Shown piece after piece: positions 47,725 through 56,740 of a DNA stretch of 64,000 nucleotides. This DNA comes from Candidatus Omnitrophota bacterium (lineage in GTDB: Bacteria > Omnitrophota > Gorgyraeia > Zapsychrales > JANLHA01). The position numbers and the translations under genes are program-made. The notes under the pieces were generated by a model. It was given only the letters and a program-made list of their open reading frames with translations. It ran no database searches and was not told the DNA's origin. Positions within the stretch are counted from its first letter, which is position 1, and the number at the start of each line of letters is the position of its first letter. Location: assembly GCA_038222225.1 (NCBI GenBank), contig JBBRHV010000007.1:27-64026 (forward strand), read 5' to 3'.

Positions 47725-49023
47725 CTATTTATTGTCGAGTGAGGCCTTTTTAAACAACCCTTCTCTTCGTTTGGGAAGCGTCGCCCTCAAGTGGATCTTA
47801 TCATTATAATATTTTACTGAAAGGACCTCTCCTTCCCGATGGGCAAGACTGACCAGATCCATGCGGGCGATGGGGATCATGACATCCACTTCAGCGATCA
47901 TATATAACAGGTCTTCCAGGATCTTATGCGCCAGCACATCTAAATTTTCACCGGTCTTAGCCGAGATTACCACCGGATTATGAATGCGGCCATAAATCCC
48001 CTCAAACCAGCTTTTGTCTTCAATGAGGTCAATTTTATTTAAAACAGTAATGGTCGGCTTCTCTAACGCGCCCAGCTCTTGTAAGACTTCATTCACGGCA
48101 TCATAAAGACTGCGAAACTTTGGATTGCTCACATCTAACACATGTATCAAAAGATCAGCCTCCACGACTTCTTCCAGTGTTGCTTTAAATGCTTCAATCA
48201 AATCATGCGGAAGCTGCTGCATAAATCCGACCGTATCCGAAACCACCACGGTCTGATGATTCGGTAAAACATATTGACGGGCAAGTGAATCCAATGTTGT
48301 AAATAGCCCGTCGTGTGTCACCTGATGAGCATCGGTCAAGGCGTTTAGCAAAGTTGATTTTCCGGCGTTCGTATATCCGACCAGTGAAATCAACGGGAGG
48401 GAACTGTCCTGCCTTTTCTTCCGCTTAACTGCGCGGCTGAATCCAACCTCGGACAGTTTTTCCTTCAATTTTGTGATCCGGATGTCAATTTTACGCCTGT
48501 CTGTTTCCAGCTGTGTTTCTCCCGGACCCAGAGATCCAATACCGCCTCCCAAGCGAGACATTTCCACCCCGTGACCGCTCAACCGCGGAAGGGCATAGTT
48601 CAGCTGCGCCAATTCAACTTGCATCTTTCCTTCAAGACTTAATGCGTGACGGGCAAAAATATCTAAGATCAGCTGCGTGCGGTCAATCACTTTAACTTTG
48701 AGATCCTCTTCCAAATTGCGCTGCTGCGATCCCTTCAGATCATAACTCATGATGACTGTATCGATATCTCCGGCAGCGCAACGCACATAAATTTCATTCA
48801 CTTTTCCCTTCCCGATCAAATGCGAAGGGGAAAATTTATCGATCGAACAAAAAATAACGTCTTTAACCTCTCCTCCGCAGGTCAAAACAAGCTCTGACAT
48901 TTCCTGCGCGATGTCTTGCGGAGTCCAATCATTCGGCATCTTGACGGTGACCACGACGACTAAAATGCGCTCTTTCTTTTCCTTTGTCTGGATATCATGA
49001 GTCATAAGCCCTGCTTTCATCAA
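47725..49023 (-). CDS. hflX: GTPase HflX.
   Basis: An HflX N-domain, G1 GYTNAGKSTLLNALT, and DTVGF are present. Confidence 0.9.
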   Translation of the reverse strand: MMKAGLMTHDIQTKEKKERILVVVVTVKMPNDWTPQDIAQEMSELVLTCGGEVKDVIFCSIDKFSPSHLIGKGKVNEIYVRCAAGDIDTVIMSYDLKGSQQRNLEEDLKVKVIDRTQLILDIFARHALSLEGKMQVELAQLNYALPRLSGHGVEMSRLGGGIGSLGPGETQLETDRRKIDIRITKLKEKLSEVGFSRAVKRKKRQDSSLPLISLVGYTNAGKSTLLNALTDAHQVTHDGLFTTLDSLARQYVLPNHQTVVVSDTVGFMQQLPHDLIEAFKATLEEVVEADLLIHVLDVSNPKFRSLYDAVNEVLQELGALEKPTITVLNKIDLIEDKSWFEGIYGRIHNPVVISAKTGENLDVLAHKILEDLLYMIAEVDVMIPIARMDLVSLAHREGEVLSVKYYNDKIHLRATLPKRREGLFKKASLDNK

Positions 49024-49945
49024 TCCGTTGAATAATATGCTCTGCTACACTCTGTATTGTAGCGTGTTTTTCCACATCAATCCATTGCAACCTTTTTTCA
49101 GCACGAAACCACGTCAGCTGCCGCTTTGCAAGTCGCCGGGTATTCTGTTTCATGGCGCCTTTAGCCTCTTCTAACGGACAATCTCCCTTTAGATACGACA
49201 TCATCTCTTGTATGCCGATGATGGCTTGAGCGGTCCGGCTCAAAGGAACGTCTGCCAGCCCGTGCATCTCATCTAAAAGTCCCGACTCCACCATCTGTTC
49301 AACGCGTTCATCAATACGCCGGTACAACCGTTCCCGGTCCATCGTTAAACCGAAAATAAAAATTTTATAACGCGCCCAAAGACCGCTGGTATTCTTCTGC
49401 AATTGAGAAATCGGCTCACCCGTGATCTGATGCACCTCTAATGCGCGGATGATCCGCCGCAGATCATTGGGATGAATTCGTTCCGCCGCCACCGGATCAA
49501 CTGTTTTAAGTCTTGCATGCATCGCCGCTGTCCCAAGGTCCTCCGCCTCTTTTAAAAGCCCTCTTCGAACATTCTCGTTGGTCTCCGCCCCTTCAAAAAT
49601 CCCGTCAAGCAAGGCCTTCAGATACATTCCGGTCCCCCCCACAATAATGGGAACACCGCCACGGGCTAAAATATCTTCAACGGCCAGACAGGCCTGTTTC
49701 TGATACTGCGCAACATCAAACTCTTCTGTTAATGAAATACAATCGATCAGATGATGCGGGATACGTAATTCTTCCGCGGAAGGCTTATTGCTAGCGATCG
49801 CACTTCCCTGATAAACCTGCATGGAATCGCAGGATACAATTTCTCCCCGATACCTCCGGGCCAATTCGACCCCGACGGCTGTCTTGCCGACCGCCGTAGG
49901 ACCGACGATACAAAGGACTGTCTGTTTTGGAAAGGGATGAGTCAT
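48995..49945 (-). CDS. miaA: tRNA dimethylallyltransferase.
   Basis: The P-loop VGPTAVGKTAVGVELA and CDSMQVYQG are present. The start is taken at MTHPFPK. Confidence 0.9.
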   Translation of the reverse strand: MTHPFPKQTVLCIVGPTAVGKTAVGVELARRYRGEIVSCDSMQVYQGSAIASNKPSAEELRIPHHLIDCISLTEEFDVAQYQKQACLAVEDILARGGVPIIVGGTGMYLKALLDGIFEGAETNENVRRGLLKEAEDLGTAAMHARLKTVDPVAAERIHPNDLRRIIRALEVHQITGEPISQLQKNTSGLWARYKIFIFGLTMDRERLYRRIDERVEQMVESGLLDEMHGLADVPLSRTAQAIIGIQEMMSYLKGDCPLEEAKGAMKQNTRRLAKRQLTWFRAEKRLQWIDVEKHATIQSVAEHIIQRIDESRAYDS

Positions 49946-49950
49946 TACTC

Positions 49951-50472
49951 TCAAAAATTCTGTGATTTTTGATCCGAACGATATTTTTGACGGATTTTCC
50001 GGCGCCAACGCTGACGTTCTTCCGGGGAGAACTTCTTCCACAAACGGCGATGCTCCCGCAACTGCCGCCGTTCTTCATCGGTCATATTCTTGAAACGGCG
50101 CTGCCGTTCTTTGACCTGCTGCTGTTCTTCAGGGGAAAGGTTCTTCCACTCTTCCATCTTTTCCTGCAGTTTTTTCTTCCTCTCATCAGAAAGCCCCTCA
50201 ATCCGCCGCCAATTATTCTTGAGTTTTTCCTGCTCCTCTTTGGGGAGGCTTCGAAAATGCCGATATTTTCCCAACAATTCATGCTTCTGCTCATCAGTTA
50301 AATTACGATATTTGTTAGCCTTTTGCGCTGAAAGAACCGGATCACTATCAATATCAAAATCATAATTCACGATCTCATTTTGCCCTTCCTGCTCTTCAGC
50401 AGCCAAACCAAAAGGCACAATGCTTCCCATCAAATATGCCGCAAACAGAATTATGAGATGCTTTTTAAACAC
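49951..50472 (-). CDS. Secreted DUF3106-like repeat protein (repeated xxEEQ...W motifs), probably GTG-initiated and translationally coupled to the anti-sigma gene.
   Basis: A signal peptide KKHLIILFAAYLMGSIVPFGLAA is present. The repeats are LTDEQKHELLGKYRHF, LSDERKKKLQEKMEEW, LSPEEQQQVKERQRRF and FSPEERQRWRRKIRQ. A GTG at 50472 overlaps the upstream stop. Confidence 0.55.
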   Translation of the reverse strand: MFKKHLIILFAAYLMGSIVPFGLAAEEQEGQNEIVNYDFDIDSDPVLSAQKANKYRNLTDEQKHELLGKYRHFRSLPKEEQEKLKNNWRRIEGLSDERKKKLQEKMEEWKNLSPEEQQQVKERQRRFKNMTDEERRQLREHRRLWKKFSPEERQRWRRKIRQKYRSDQKSQNF

Positions 50473-50998
50473 CGCTCTGCACTCCGATTTTGGCCTTCGC
50501 CTCCGGCAAAACAAGTTCTTTGAGCACGTCCATATCTTCAAACATATCAAGATCTTCCAATACATCCAGCTGTTCAACCAGTTCAATGTTCTGAATAAAA
50601 TCGATCTCTTCAGCACTTAGAGCCGTAACCAGCGACTCCTCCTGATGGACCTGCCAGCTATAACGCAAGGTGGCTGATCCTACGATCACCACAAAAACGA
50701 AGCTTGCCAAAACCGGAATCAGCCGCTTATCGCCAAAAATAACCCCGAACGGCTCAAGTACCCGCTGATACCACGGTATTCTTTCTTCCAAACGCGTCCA
50801 AAATCGCGATATATAGGCAGGATCCGGATCTTCATCTTCCCAATCTTTTAAACTATTCCAGGACAATTTATAACTCTCCAGCTCCCGCTGACAGGCCTCA
50901 CAATGGATTAAATGCTCATGGATCAACGTGTTGTCCTGTTCATTGAGGCCGCCGCTTAAGAAAACCGGCATCTGATTTTGAATGTCTTTACAATCCAT
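50465..50998 (-). CDS. Anti-sigma factor with an N-terminal zf-HC2 zinc finger and one TM helix.
   Basis: MDCKDIQNQMPVFLSGGL...HEHLIHCEACQ (H-x3-C-x2-C) is present, with the TM helix LIPVLASFVFVVIVG. Confidence 0.65.
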   Translation of the reverse strand: MDCKDIQNQMPVFLSGGLNEQDNTLIHEHLIHCEACQRELESYKLSWNSLKDWEDEDPDPAYISRFWTRLEERIPWYQRVLEPFGVIFGDKRLIPVLASFVFVVIVGSATLRYSWQVHQEESLVTALSAEEIDFIQNIELVEQLDVLEDLDMFEDMDVLKELVLPEAKAKIGVQSGV

Positions 50999-51046
50999 CA
51001 TGATCACCTGTATCTGTTATAACATAAAAGTCTTTAAAAAGTTTCG

Positions 51047-51646
51047 CTAAATCTCTTTCTTAAGCCCGGCCAGCCTGATCTTCAAATTTTGACGTGCCCG
51101 GCTCAACAGCGATTTCACCGCTGAAACGGAAAGGCCAAGGGTTTCAGAAATTTCCTCATAGGAGAACCGTTCAAAACGATAGAGCACAACCACCATACCT
51201 TGCTGTTGCGGCAAACTTTCAATCGCTGCACGCACCGTTCTAGCCCTTTCAGCTGAGACCAGCTTGTCCAAAGGATGCGTCAAATTGGTGTCTTCGAATT
51301 GGCGAGGCATCGCCCCTTCCTCGCCTTGCTGAGATTCATCTATTGAAAAAGAAAAACGCTTGTTTTTCTTTAACTCGTTTAATATCAAATTCTTAGCGAT
51401 CATATAAAGCCATGTGCGAAAACTGGCTTTCGGCTGATAGTTCTTTCCTGACTGATAGACCCGAATAAAGGATTCCTGGACAATGTCCTCAGCCGCCTCC
51501 CGGCTTCTTAAAATACGCAAGGCAAAATTAAAGATCCGCTTATAGTACTTGCGCATCAAATTTTCAAAGGAAACCCGATTGCCCCTCTGAAAATCCAGCA
51601 TAAGGAGAACATCTGGATCAGAAATATAGGAATTTAAATCATTCAT
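51047..51646 (-). CDS. ECF-family RNA polymerase sigma factor (sigma-E-like).
   Basis: The sigma-70 region 2 motif FNFALRILRSREAAEDIVQESFIRVY and a region 4 HTH (EISETLGLSVSAVKSLLSRAR) are present. The start is re-assigned to MNDLNSY because the predicted promoter overlaps the longest ORF start. Confidence 0.85.
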   Translation of the reverse strand: MNDLNSYISDPDVLLMLDFQRGNRVSFENLMRKYYKRIFNFALRILRSREAAEDIVQESFIRVYQSGKNYQPKASFRTWLYMIAKNLILNELKKNKRFSFSIDESQQGEEGAMPRQFEDTNLTHPLDKLVSAERARTVRAAIESLPQQQGMVVVLYRFERFSYEEISETLGLSVSAVKSLLSRARQNLKIRLAGLKKEI

Positions 51647-51671
51647 CAATAGCCTTTGGAGTCTTTGCCTC

Positions 51672-51699
51672 AATTATATCTTGTTCCTCATGCTTAGCA
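51672..51699 (-). promoter_or_regulatory. Putative sigma-70-type promoter for the sigE operon (TTGCTA-N16-TATAAT).
   Basis: The minus strand carries -35 TTGCTA (51699-51694), a 16-nt spacer, and -10 TATAAT (51677-51672). This is about 25 nt upstream of the proposed start at 51646. Confidence 0.4.
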
Positions 51700-51716
51700 A
51701 CCTTAAACCCGGATAT

Positions 51717-51752
51717 TAAAAAGGGGCAGAATACGCATCCGTATTCTGCCCC
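51717..51752 (-). terminator. Rho-independent terminator of the SPFH/NfeD unit (13-bp perfect stem GGGGCAGAATACG/CGTATTCTGCCCC followed by a U6 run).
   Basis: Stems at 51723-51735 and 51740-51752 with a 4-nt loop. The plus strand has AAAAAA at 51717-51722, so a U-run follows on the minus transcript. Confidence 0.7.
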
Positions 51753-51779
51753 GAAACCGCGCCCTCTTGATCTGCGGCT

Positions 51780-52721
51780 TTAAACGTCTTCACCGCGCTT
51801 CTTGCTCACCGTTTCATCCACCACTCTCTTAGCCATCGCGACAACTCCGGCAATATCCGAAAGGTTTGAAGGGATGATCATGGTATTATTTTTGCTGGCA
51901 AGTTTTCCGAACTGCTGCAGATATTCCTCAGCAATACGTAAATTCACTGCTTCTTTTCCACCAGGTTGATTAATAGCCGTTGCAATGCTCTGAATTCCTT
52001 GAGCCGTTGCCTTAGCCACATTTTCGATCTCAAAAGACAAACCTTCTGCCTCATTGATCCTTTTCTGTTTTTCACCCTCAGAATACGCGATCGTCTCCTG
52101 CTTTTGACCCTCGGCACGATTGATCTTCGCCTGCTTATCCCCTTCCGATTCTGCGATCAAGGCACGCTTTTCGCGTTCTGCGCGCATTTGTTTTTCCATC
52201 GCGTCTTTAATGCTTTGCGGAGGGATGATGTTCTTAACCTCATATCGAGTAACCTTTACACCCCAAGGATCCGACGCTTTATCAACCGCTTGAACAATAG
52301 AAAAATTGATTGTTTCCCGCTCTTCAAAGGTCTTATCCAGTTCCATTTTACCGATAATACTTCGCATCGTCGTTTGTGCGATCTGCGTGGAGGCAAACTG
52401 ATAATCATTAATCCCGTAAGAAGCCCGGCTTGCATCCATGACCTGAAGATATAAAATCCCGTCGACAGTCACGGAAATATTGTCTCTGGTAATACACGTT
52501 TGCGGCGCCACATCCAGCGCCTGCTCCTTTAGCGTATGCCGGTAAGCGATACTATCGGCCAAAGGAATCAAAAGATGAATCCCCGCCTCCAGGGTCTTGT
52601 GATATTTTCCGAAGCGTTGCACGATATACGCGCTTTTTTGCGGAACCACCACGCAAAAATTAAATGCCAGATAGATAATAAACCCGATGAATCCGAACAA
52701 CATCATTGTTTGAAAACCCAT
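51780..52721 (-). CDS. SPFH/Band-7 (stomatin/prohibitin-like) membrane protein.
   Basis: An N-terminal TM helix, an SPFH core (VVVPQKSAYIVQRFGKY), and a charged coiled-coil tail are present. Confidence 0.85.
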   Translation of the reverse strand: MGFQTMMLFGFIGFIIYLAFNFCVVVPQKSAYIVQRFGKYHKTLEAGIHLLIPLADSIAYRHTLKEQALDVAPQTCITRDNISVTVDGILYLQVMDASRASYGINDYQFASTQIAQTTMRSIIGKMELDKTFEERETINFSIVQAVDKASDPWGVKVTRYEVKNIIPPQSIKDAMEKQMRAEREKRALIAESEGDKQAKINRAEGQKQETIAYSEGEKQKRINEAEGLSFEIENVAKATAQGIQSIATAINQPGGKEAVNLRIAEEYLQQFGKLASKNNTMIIPSNLSDIAGVVAMAKRVVDETVSKKRGEDV

Positions 52722-52753
52722 ACCATCCTCCTTTTATTAATTCCTATGCCAAT

Positions 52754-53203
52754 TTATAACTTCTTCACCTTTAACGTTAAATTCTCCTTGCGGATGACCT
52801 GAACCATCTCCCCAACCGCAACATCTTCATCGGCCTCAGCGGTCCAAAGAGTTCCGTTGAGTTCCACCTTGCCCGCTCGGTTCACCGCGATCGCCTCTTT
52901 GACAACCACTTTTTCGCCCGGAATATCATCAAGATTCTGTTCCGGATTCTGCTCATGTCCGGTGTATCCGAAAAAGATCTTTCTAAATACTCTTCTTAAA
53001 AGCACCAAGGACAAAACCGAAGAGACAATAAAAACCATCAACTGAGCATTGATGGAAACCGGAACGACCAACAGCAAAATACTGACCACCCAGGCTCCGA
53101 TCCCGAAAAACAGAATGACAAAAGCCGGCGTCATCATTTCCAAAAGAAACAACCCAATCCCCGCAAAAAACCAAATTAACGCAGGTTGCATTAAATTTTC
53201 CAC
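52754..53203 (-). CDS. NfeD-family short membrane protein (stomatin operon partner).
   Basis: Three N-terminal TM helices and a C-terminal OB-fold-like segment (GEKVVVKEAIAVNRAGKVELNGTLWTAE) are present. Confidence 0.75.
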   Translation of the reverse strand: MENLMQPALIWFFAGIGLFLLEMMTPAFVILFFGIGAWVVSILLLVVPVSINAQLMVFIVSSVLSLVLLRRVFRKIFFGYTGHEQNPEQNLDDIPGEKVVVKEAIAVNRAGKVELNGTLWTAEADEDVAVGEMVQVIRKENLTLKVKKL

Positions 53204-53222
53204 GCTCCTCCTCCTTTTTCAA

Positions 53223-53696
53223 TTACGAACGTTTATCATATTGCCCGGCTTCACAGGCCCGGACAAAACTTTCACCAATACGCTTAAGGTCATTCCACTC
53301 TTTGCGGATCCGCTTCGACTCCTCAATGGTGATCCGATGACCATTTTCATAAGATCTGGAAATCGCGTCCAAGGCTTCAGAAAACTCTTTGATCAGACAC
53401 TGAATCTGAAAAAACATCTGCGCTTCCCCATTACCCTTATCCGGCAAATCCTTCACCAGATATCCACCGGCACAACCGCACATCCAATCAACAATCCCTT
53501 CATCCCCGGTGAGCTCATAAATCAATCTCAAACGATCCAGTGGGTTGGCCGCTCCGCTGGCTAAAAAGTCCTCATCATCCGGCGGCTTCTGGCACCACTT
53601 ATAAATCAACGACATTGATAACCCCAAATTCGCCGCAACCTTTTTAGCGCCGACGCGCTCAATAGCGCTTCTTAAGACTTCATGGGACGCATTCAT
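53223..53696 (-). CDS. Putative phage CII/Cro-like HTH DNA-binding protein.
   Basis: KKVAANLGLSMSLIYKWCQ resembles the lambda CII HTH (TAEAVGVDKSQISRWKRD). The start is taken at MNASHEV. No other phage genes lie nearby. Confidence 0.45.
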   Translation of the reverse strand: MNASHEVLRSAIERVGAKKVAANLGLSMSLIYKWCQKPPDDEDFLASGAANPLDRLRLIYELTGDEGIVDWMCGCAGGYLVKDLPDKGNGEAQMFFQIQCLIKEFSEALDAISRSYENGHRITIEESKRIRKEWNDLKRIGESFVRACEAGQYDKRS

Positions 53697-53793
53697 GGTT
53701 TTTTTCCTTAAGTTACTCCAAGTATATCCGAGGATGCATGATTTGAGAATTATAAAAGGCTTTCTTCTTTGTAACGAAACCGCCTTTTTGAGG

Positions 53794-54258
53794 TCACGGT
53801 TGCCCGATGATTTTATTAAATCGCTTGAGAAGCTCTTCAAACATTTCATCTCCCTTACGGACGCCTAACTTCCGGGGCGCTCCCTTTTCAGCCATCTCAT
53901 CCAGCTCACGGATAATCCGTTCGTAAGGACCGACAATTCTATTGGAAACATAAAACATGATCAAAGAAACCACGAATAGAATAAAAGCGCTCGTGGGCAG
54001 CAAAAATAGGATCAGATACTTAAACTGCCGATATTCATATCGATTCAGGAAAGCCCCGTAATCATAATATAAATAATCTAAAGAAAGAAGAATGATGATG
54101 CATCCAATGAAACATGGAATCAGGACAGAATAAAGGAGGGCCTTCTGGTATCGATTGATGTGTGTAAAAAAGTTCCTTTTATACGGTTTGACCACACCTG
54201 CCCCTTTGGCTGTTTTGGAAATCAGAATAAGTATAACAAACCAAGTATCACAGGGCAA
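53794..54258 (-). CDS. Small membrane protein with 2 TM helices and a HAMP domain but no output domain.
   Basis: Two TM helices are followed by VGPYERIIRELDEMAEKGAPRKLGVRKGDEMFEELLKRFNKII, which is a HAMP-like AS1-connector-AS2 pattern. Confidence 0.5.
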   Translation of the reverse strand: MPCDTWFVILILISKTAKGAGVVKPYKRNFFTHINRYQKALLYSVLIPCFIGCIIILLSLDYLYYDYGAFLNRYEYRQFKYLILFLLPTSAFILFVVSLIMFYVSNRIVGPYERIIRELDEMAEKGAPRKLGVRKGDEMFEELLKRFNKIIGQP

Positions 54259-54284
54259 TATTTTCTTAAATCTTTAAAAACCGC

Positions 54285-55205
54285 CTAAAATCCGTACTCT
54301 AGCGCATAAATGATACGATAATCATTTTTTTTCGTATTTCCGGAAACGGCCGCGCTATATTCATCTATCAGGCTCAGGCGCCAAGAAACTTTATTTGTTA
54401 AGGAGTGCTCAACGGAATTTTCCGAGCGCAGTCGGTATTGATCATAACTCTCGACCGGAACATACATCATAAAATCCGCTTCAAACCGGAAATTCTTAAA
54501 CAGCAGTTTCTGGCAAAAGGCATGTGGCGTTATAACGGCCTGATTAGAACTTGGAGAACCGTCGCGGTAGGATGTATGCTCATGCCCAACGGCAAGTTCC
54601 CCCATCAGCTTATAGTCATCCGCATCGGATACCCAATAGCCTAAACCTGTCGAAGGGAGCAAACGATAATCAATATTGGCAAAACGGTCGTGGTCAGCCT
54701 CCAATTTATAAAAATGATACCACTGTTTTCCTTCTCCGAAAGAATACGCATACCGCAGAGAACCATAACTTTTCTGCGCATCCATCTTCTCTTCTGACTC
54801 AGAATAATAAAGGCTTGTTTTTGCGGTCCACTCATCTGTTTCTGTCTTTCTGTTGATATGAAGTCCGGTATTGCCTTGAGCGCCCTTCGTGTTTCCGCCG
54901 GATTGTTGATATCCGACCGATACTTTGCGCGCCCACTCAACGATGTCCTTCTTTTGCCCTTCATCCAGCTGCTGTGCCGATTGAAAATCTTGTTGCGCAT
55001 ACGCCGGGGATTGAACAAAAACGCGGTCAACGGTCAATGTCCCCAAAGCCTCACTCTGCACAATCAACACGGAAGCACTATCAGAAAGAATGGCTCCGGT
55101 AATCCGGTCGCCGTTCTTTAAAATAATTTCTTCAGCGTGCACGTCAAAAGCTGCCGCAATAAGCATCATCCCGATCCCGATTGCACCCGCTATTCCCTGT
55201 CTCAT
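54285..55205 (-). CDS. Putative outer-membrane beta-barrel protein (DUF481-like), with signal peptide.
   Basis: A signal peptide MRQGIAGAIGIGMMLIAAAFDVHA is present. The sequence shows alternating amphipathic strands and a C-terminal aromatic residue (YALEYGF). Confidence 0.5.
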   Translation of the reverse strand: MRQGIAGAIGIGMMLIAAAFDVHAEEIILKNGDRITGAILSDSASVLIVQSEALGTLTVDRVFVQSPAYAQQDFQSAQQLDEGQKKDIVEWARKVSVGYQQSGGNTKGAQGNTGLHINRKTETDEWTAKTSLYYSESEEKMDAQKSYGSLRYAYSFGEGKQWYHFYKLEADHDRFANIDYRLLPSTGLGYWVSDADDYKLMGELAVGHEHTSYRDGSPSSNQAVITPHAFCQKLLFKNFRFEADFMMYVPVESYDQYRLRSENSVEHSLTNKVSWRLSLIDEYSAAVSGNTKKNDYRIIYALEYGF

Positions 55206-55206
55206 T

Positions 55207-55704
55207 TCAGTGCACCTTTCTGATAATCTGTTCAACAACATCATCCACTTCATAATCCGACTTCACGTCAACCGTCAGATCCGCATACTGCTCATAAAGG
55301 CGCGCTCGCTCCAGAAAGAGTTCTTCAAAAGTCTTCTCCTTTAAATGAACAATACCGCGGCTCTGAACATTGACGATCCACTTCTGAATATCTTCCAATT
55401 TAGCTTTCAGCTGAATGACGACGCCCTCTTCCTGCAAAAATTCCATAGCCTTCTCGGAATAGACCACACTTCCTCCCGGCGCAATGACTGACGGTTCACT
55501 TAAATCAAGATTTAAAACCGTGTCCTCTTCAATCAACAAAAAATCCGACTCCCCGATATCATTGATGATGGACTGCAATTTCAGCCCGATCTTTTTCTCA
55601 ATGATCCGGTCCGTATCATAAAACTGCACCCCTAATTTTCGAGCTAAGGCCTTTCCGATTGTGGTTTTCCCGACACCGGCCATGCCGATCAGTGAAATAT
55701 TCAT
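55207..55704 (-). CDS. aroK: Shikimate kinase.
   Basis: MNISLIGMAGVGKTTIGKALARKLGVQFYDTD is present. Confidence 0.9.
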   Translation of the reverse strand: MNISLIGMAGVGKTTIGKALARKLGVQFYDTDRIIEKKIGLKLQSIINDIGESDFLLIEEDTVLNLDLSEPSVIAPGGSVVYSEKAMEFLQEEGVVIQLKAKLEDIQKWIVNVQSRGIVHLKEKTFEELFLERARLYEQYADLTVDVKSDYEVDDVVEQIIRKVH

Positions 55705-55764
55705 AGTTGTTCCTTTCCGAAAAGATGTCTCATATTATCATAAACCTCAGCCTTTTCAAGACAG

Positions 55765-55791
55765 CAAAAAAGCCCGCTTTTAAAAGCGGGC
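55765..55791 (-). terminator. Rho-independent terminator (palindrome GCCCGCTTTTAAAAGCGGGC followed by a U6 run on the minus strand) after the coiled-coil lipoprotein gene.
   Basis: A perfect 20-bp palindrome lies at 55772-55791. The plus strand has AAAAAA at 55766-55771. Confidence 0.7.
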
Positions 55792-55915
55792 TTCTGCAAT
55801 ACTCATTTTCTTGAAGACTTTGTGCTACCTTCCCTGACACAGATTGGGATCAATAGCATTCAATATGTCGTTAAAACGATCTATAAAACTCTGCCGAATT
55901 CCTCGCATCACGACC

Positions 55916-56503
55916 TCACTCAAGCGGAGCTTGTTCCTCGCCGTTTGCCTCTTGCGCCTGAACAGAATCGCCGGGTAAAGAAGTCTCTTCCATTTCTTTA
56001 ATTTTCTTTTCTAGCTCTTCCTGGCGGGCCTGAAGAGGAATCAAATGCTCAGAAAGCACCTTACTTTCTTCCTTATAAGAATCCAATAATCTTTGCTGAA
56101 GATCCAGCCTATTATTTTTAAATTCGTCTTTGAGCCGGACATTCTCTTTCTGCTGTTCTGCAAGCAACGCCTCTAGACTTTCATACTGCGCTTGCAATTC
56201 CGTCTGATTCTTGCGTAACTTTTCATTTAATCCCGTTAAACTTTTAATGCTTGTCTTCGTATCTTTCGTCTCTGTTTCAATGACATCATATTCTTCAAGC
56301 AATACATTTTGTTCCTGCCTTAATTTTTCCACAACTGCTTGACGCTCTGCCAGCTCTTTTCCTTTTTGTTCCGCATACTCTTTATGAAAAGTGGAATACT
56401 GACTTAACTGCTTTTCATACACTTCCGTATCTCCCTGCGCCCCGGCAGAACCGACCAAACACGCGCTGATCACACACAAACACCCCAAAATCCGTAAGCC
56501 CAT
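55916..56503 (-). CDS. Hypothetical coiled-coil (lipo)protein with signal peptide.
   Basis: A signal peptide with a lipobox-like VISAC is present. The remainder is predicted coiled coil rich in E/K/Q/L. Confidence 0.5.
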   Translation of the reverse strand: MGLRILGCLCVISACLVGSAGAQGDTEVYEKQLSQYSTFHKEYAEQKGKELAERQAVVEKLRQEQNVLLEEYDVIETETKDTKTSIKSLTGLNEKLRKNQTELQAQYESLEALLAEQQKENVRLKDEFKNNRLDLQQRLLDSYKEESKVLSEHLIPLQARQEELEKKIKEMEETSLPGDSVQAQEANGEEQAPLE

Positions 56504-56521
56504 AAACGTCTCCTTTCTTAA

Positions 56522-56731
56522 TTAAAGATGATGTCGTTCCTGCCATACACGAATAAAATTTTCGATTGAGCGGTCATATCCGCGCTCAATATCATCTGGA
56601 AAATAACACGCCGGAAGCGCGCCTTTTACCCGATGATAATGCAGGCATTGGCAACAAATCCCTTTTTTAGAACAACTATAGGAACAATTGCAAAAATTTA
56701 AATTCTGTTCTTTCAAACACTCCATCCTCAA
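56522..56731 (-). CDS. Small cysteine-rich protein (zf-like Cys-rich small domain; 9 Cys in 69 aa).
   Basis: [29 protein letters not shown] is present. Confidence 0.5.
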   Translation of the reverse strand: MRMECLKEQNLNFCNCSYSCSKKGICCQCLHYHRVKGALPACYFPDDIERGYDRSIENFIRVWQERHHL

Positions 56732-56740
56732 CTCCTTATT

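Noticed and set aside
53223-54258. CII-like HTH protein taken as evidence of a prophage or integrative element.
   Set aside because: No integrase, terminase, capsid or att-like repeats lie anywhere nearby. The flanking genes are core housekeeping genes.
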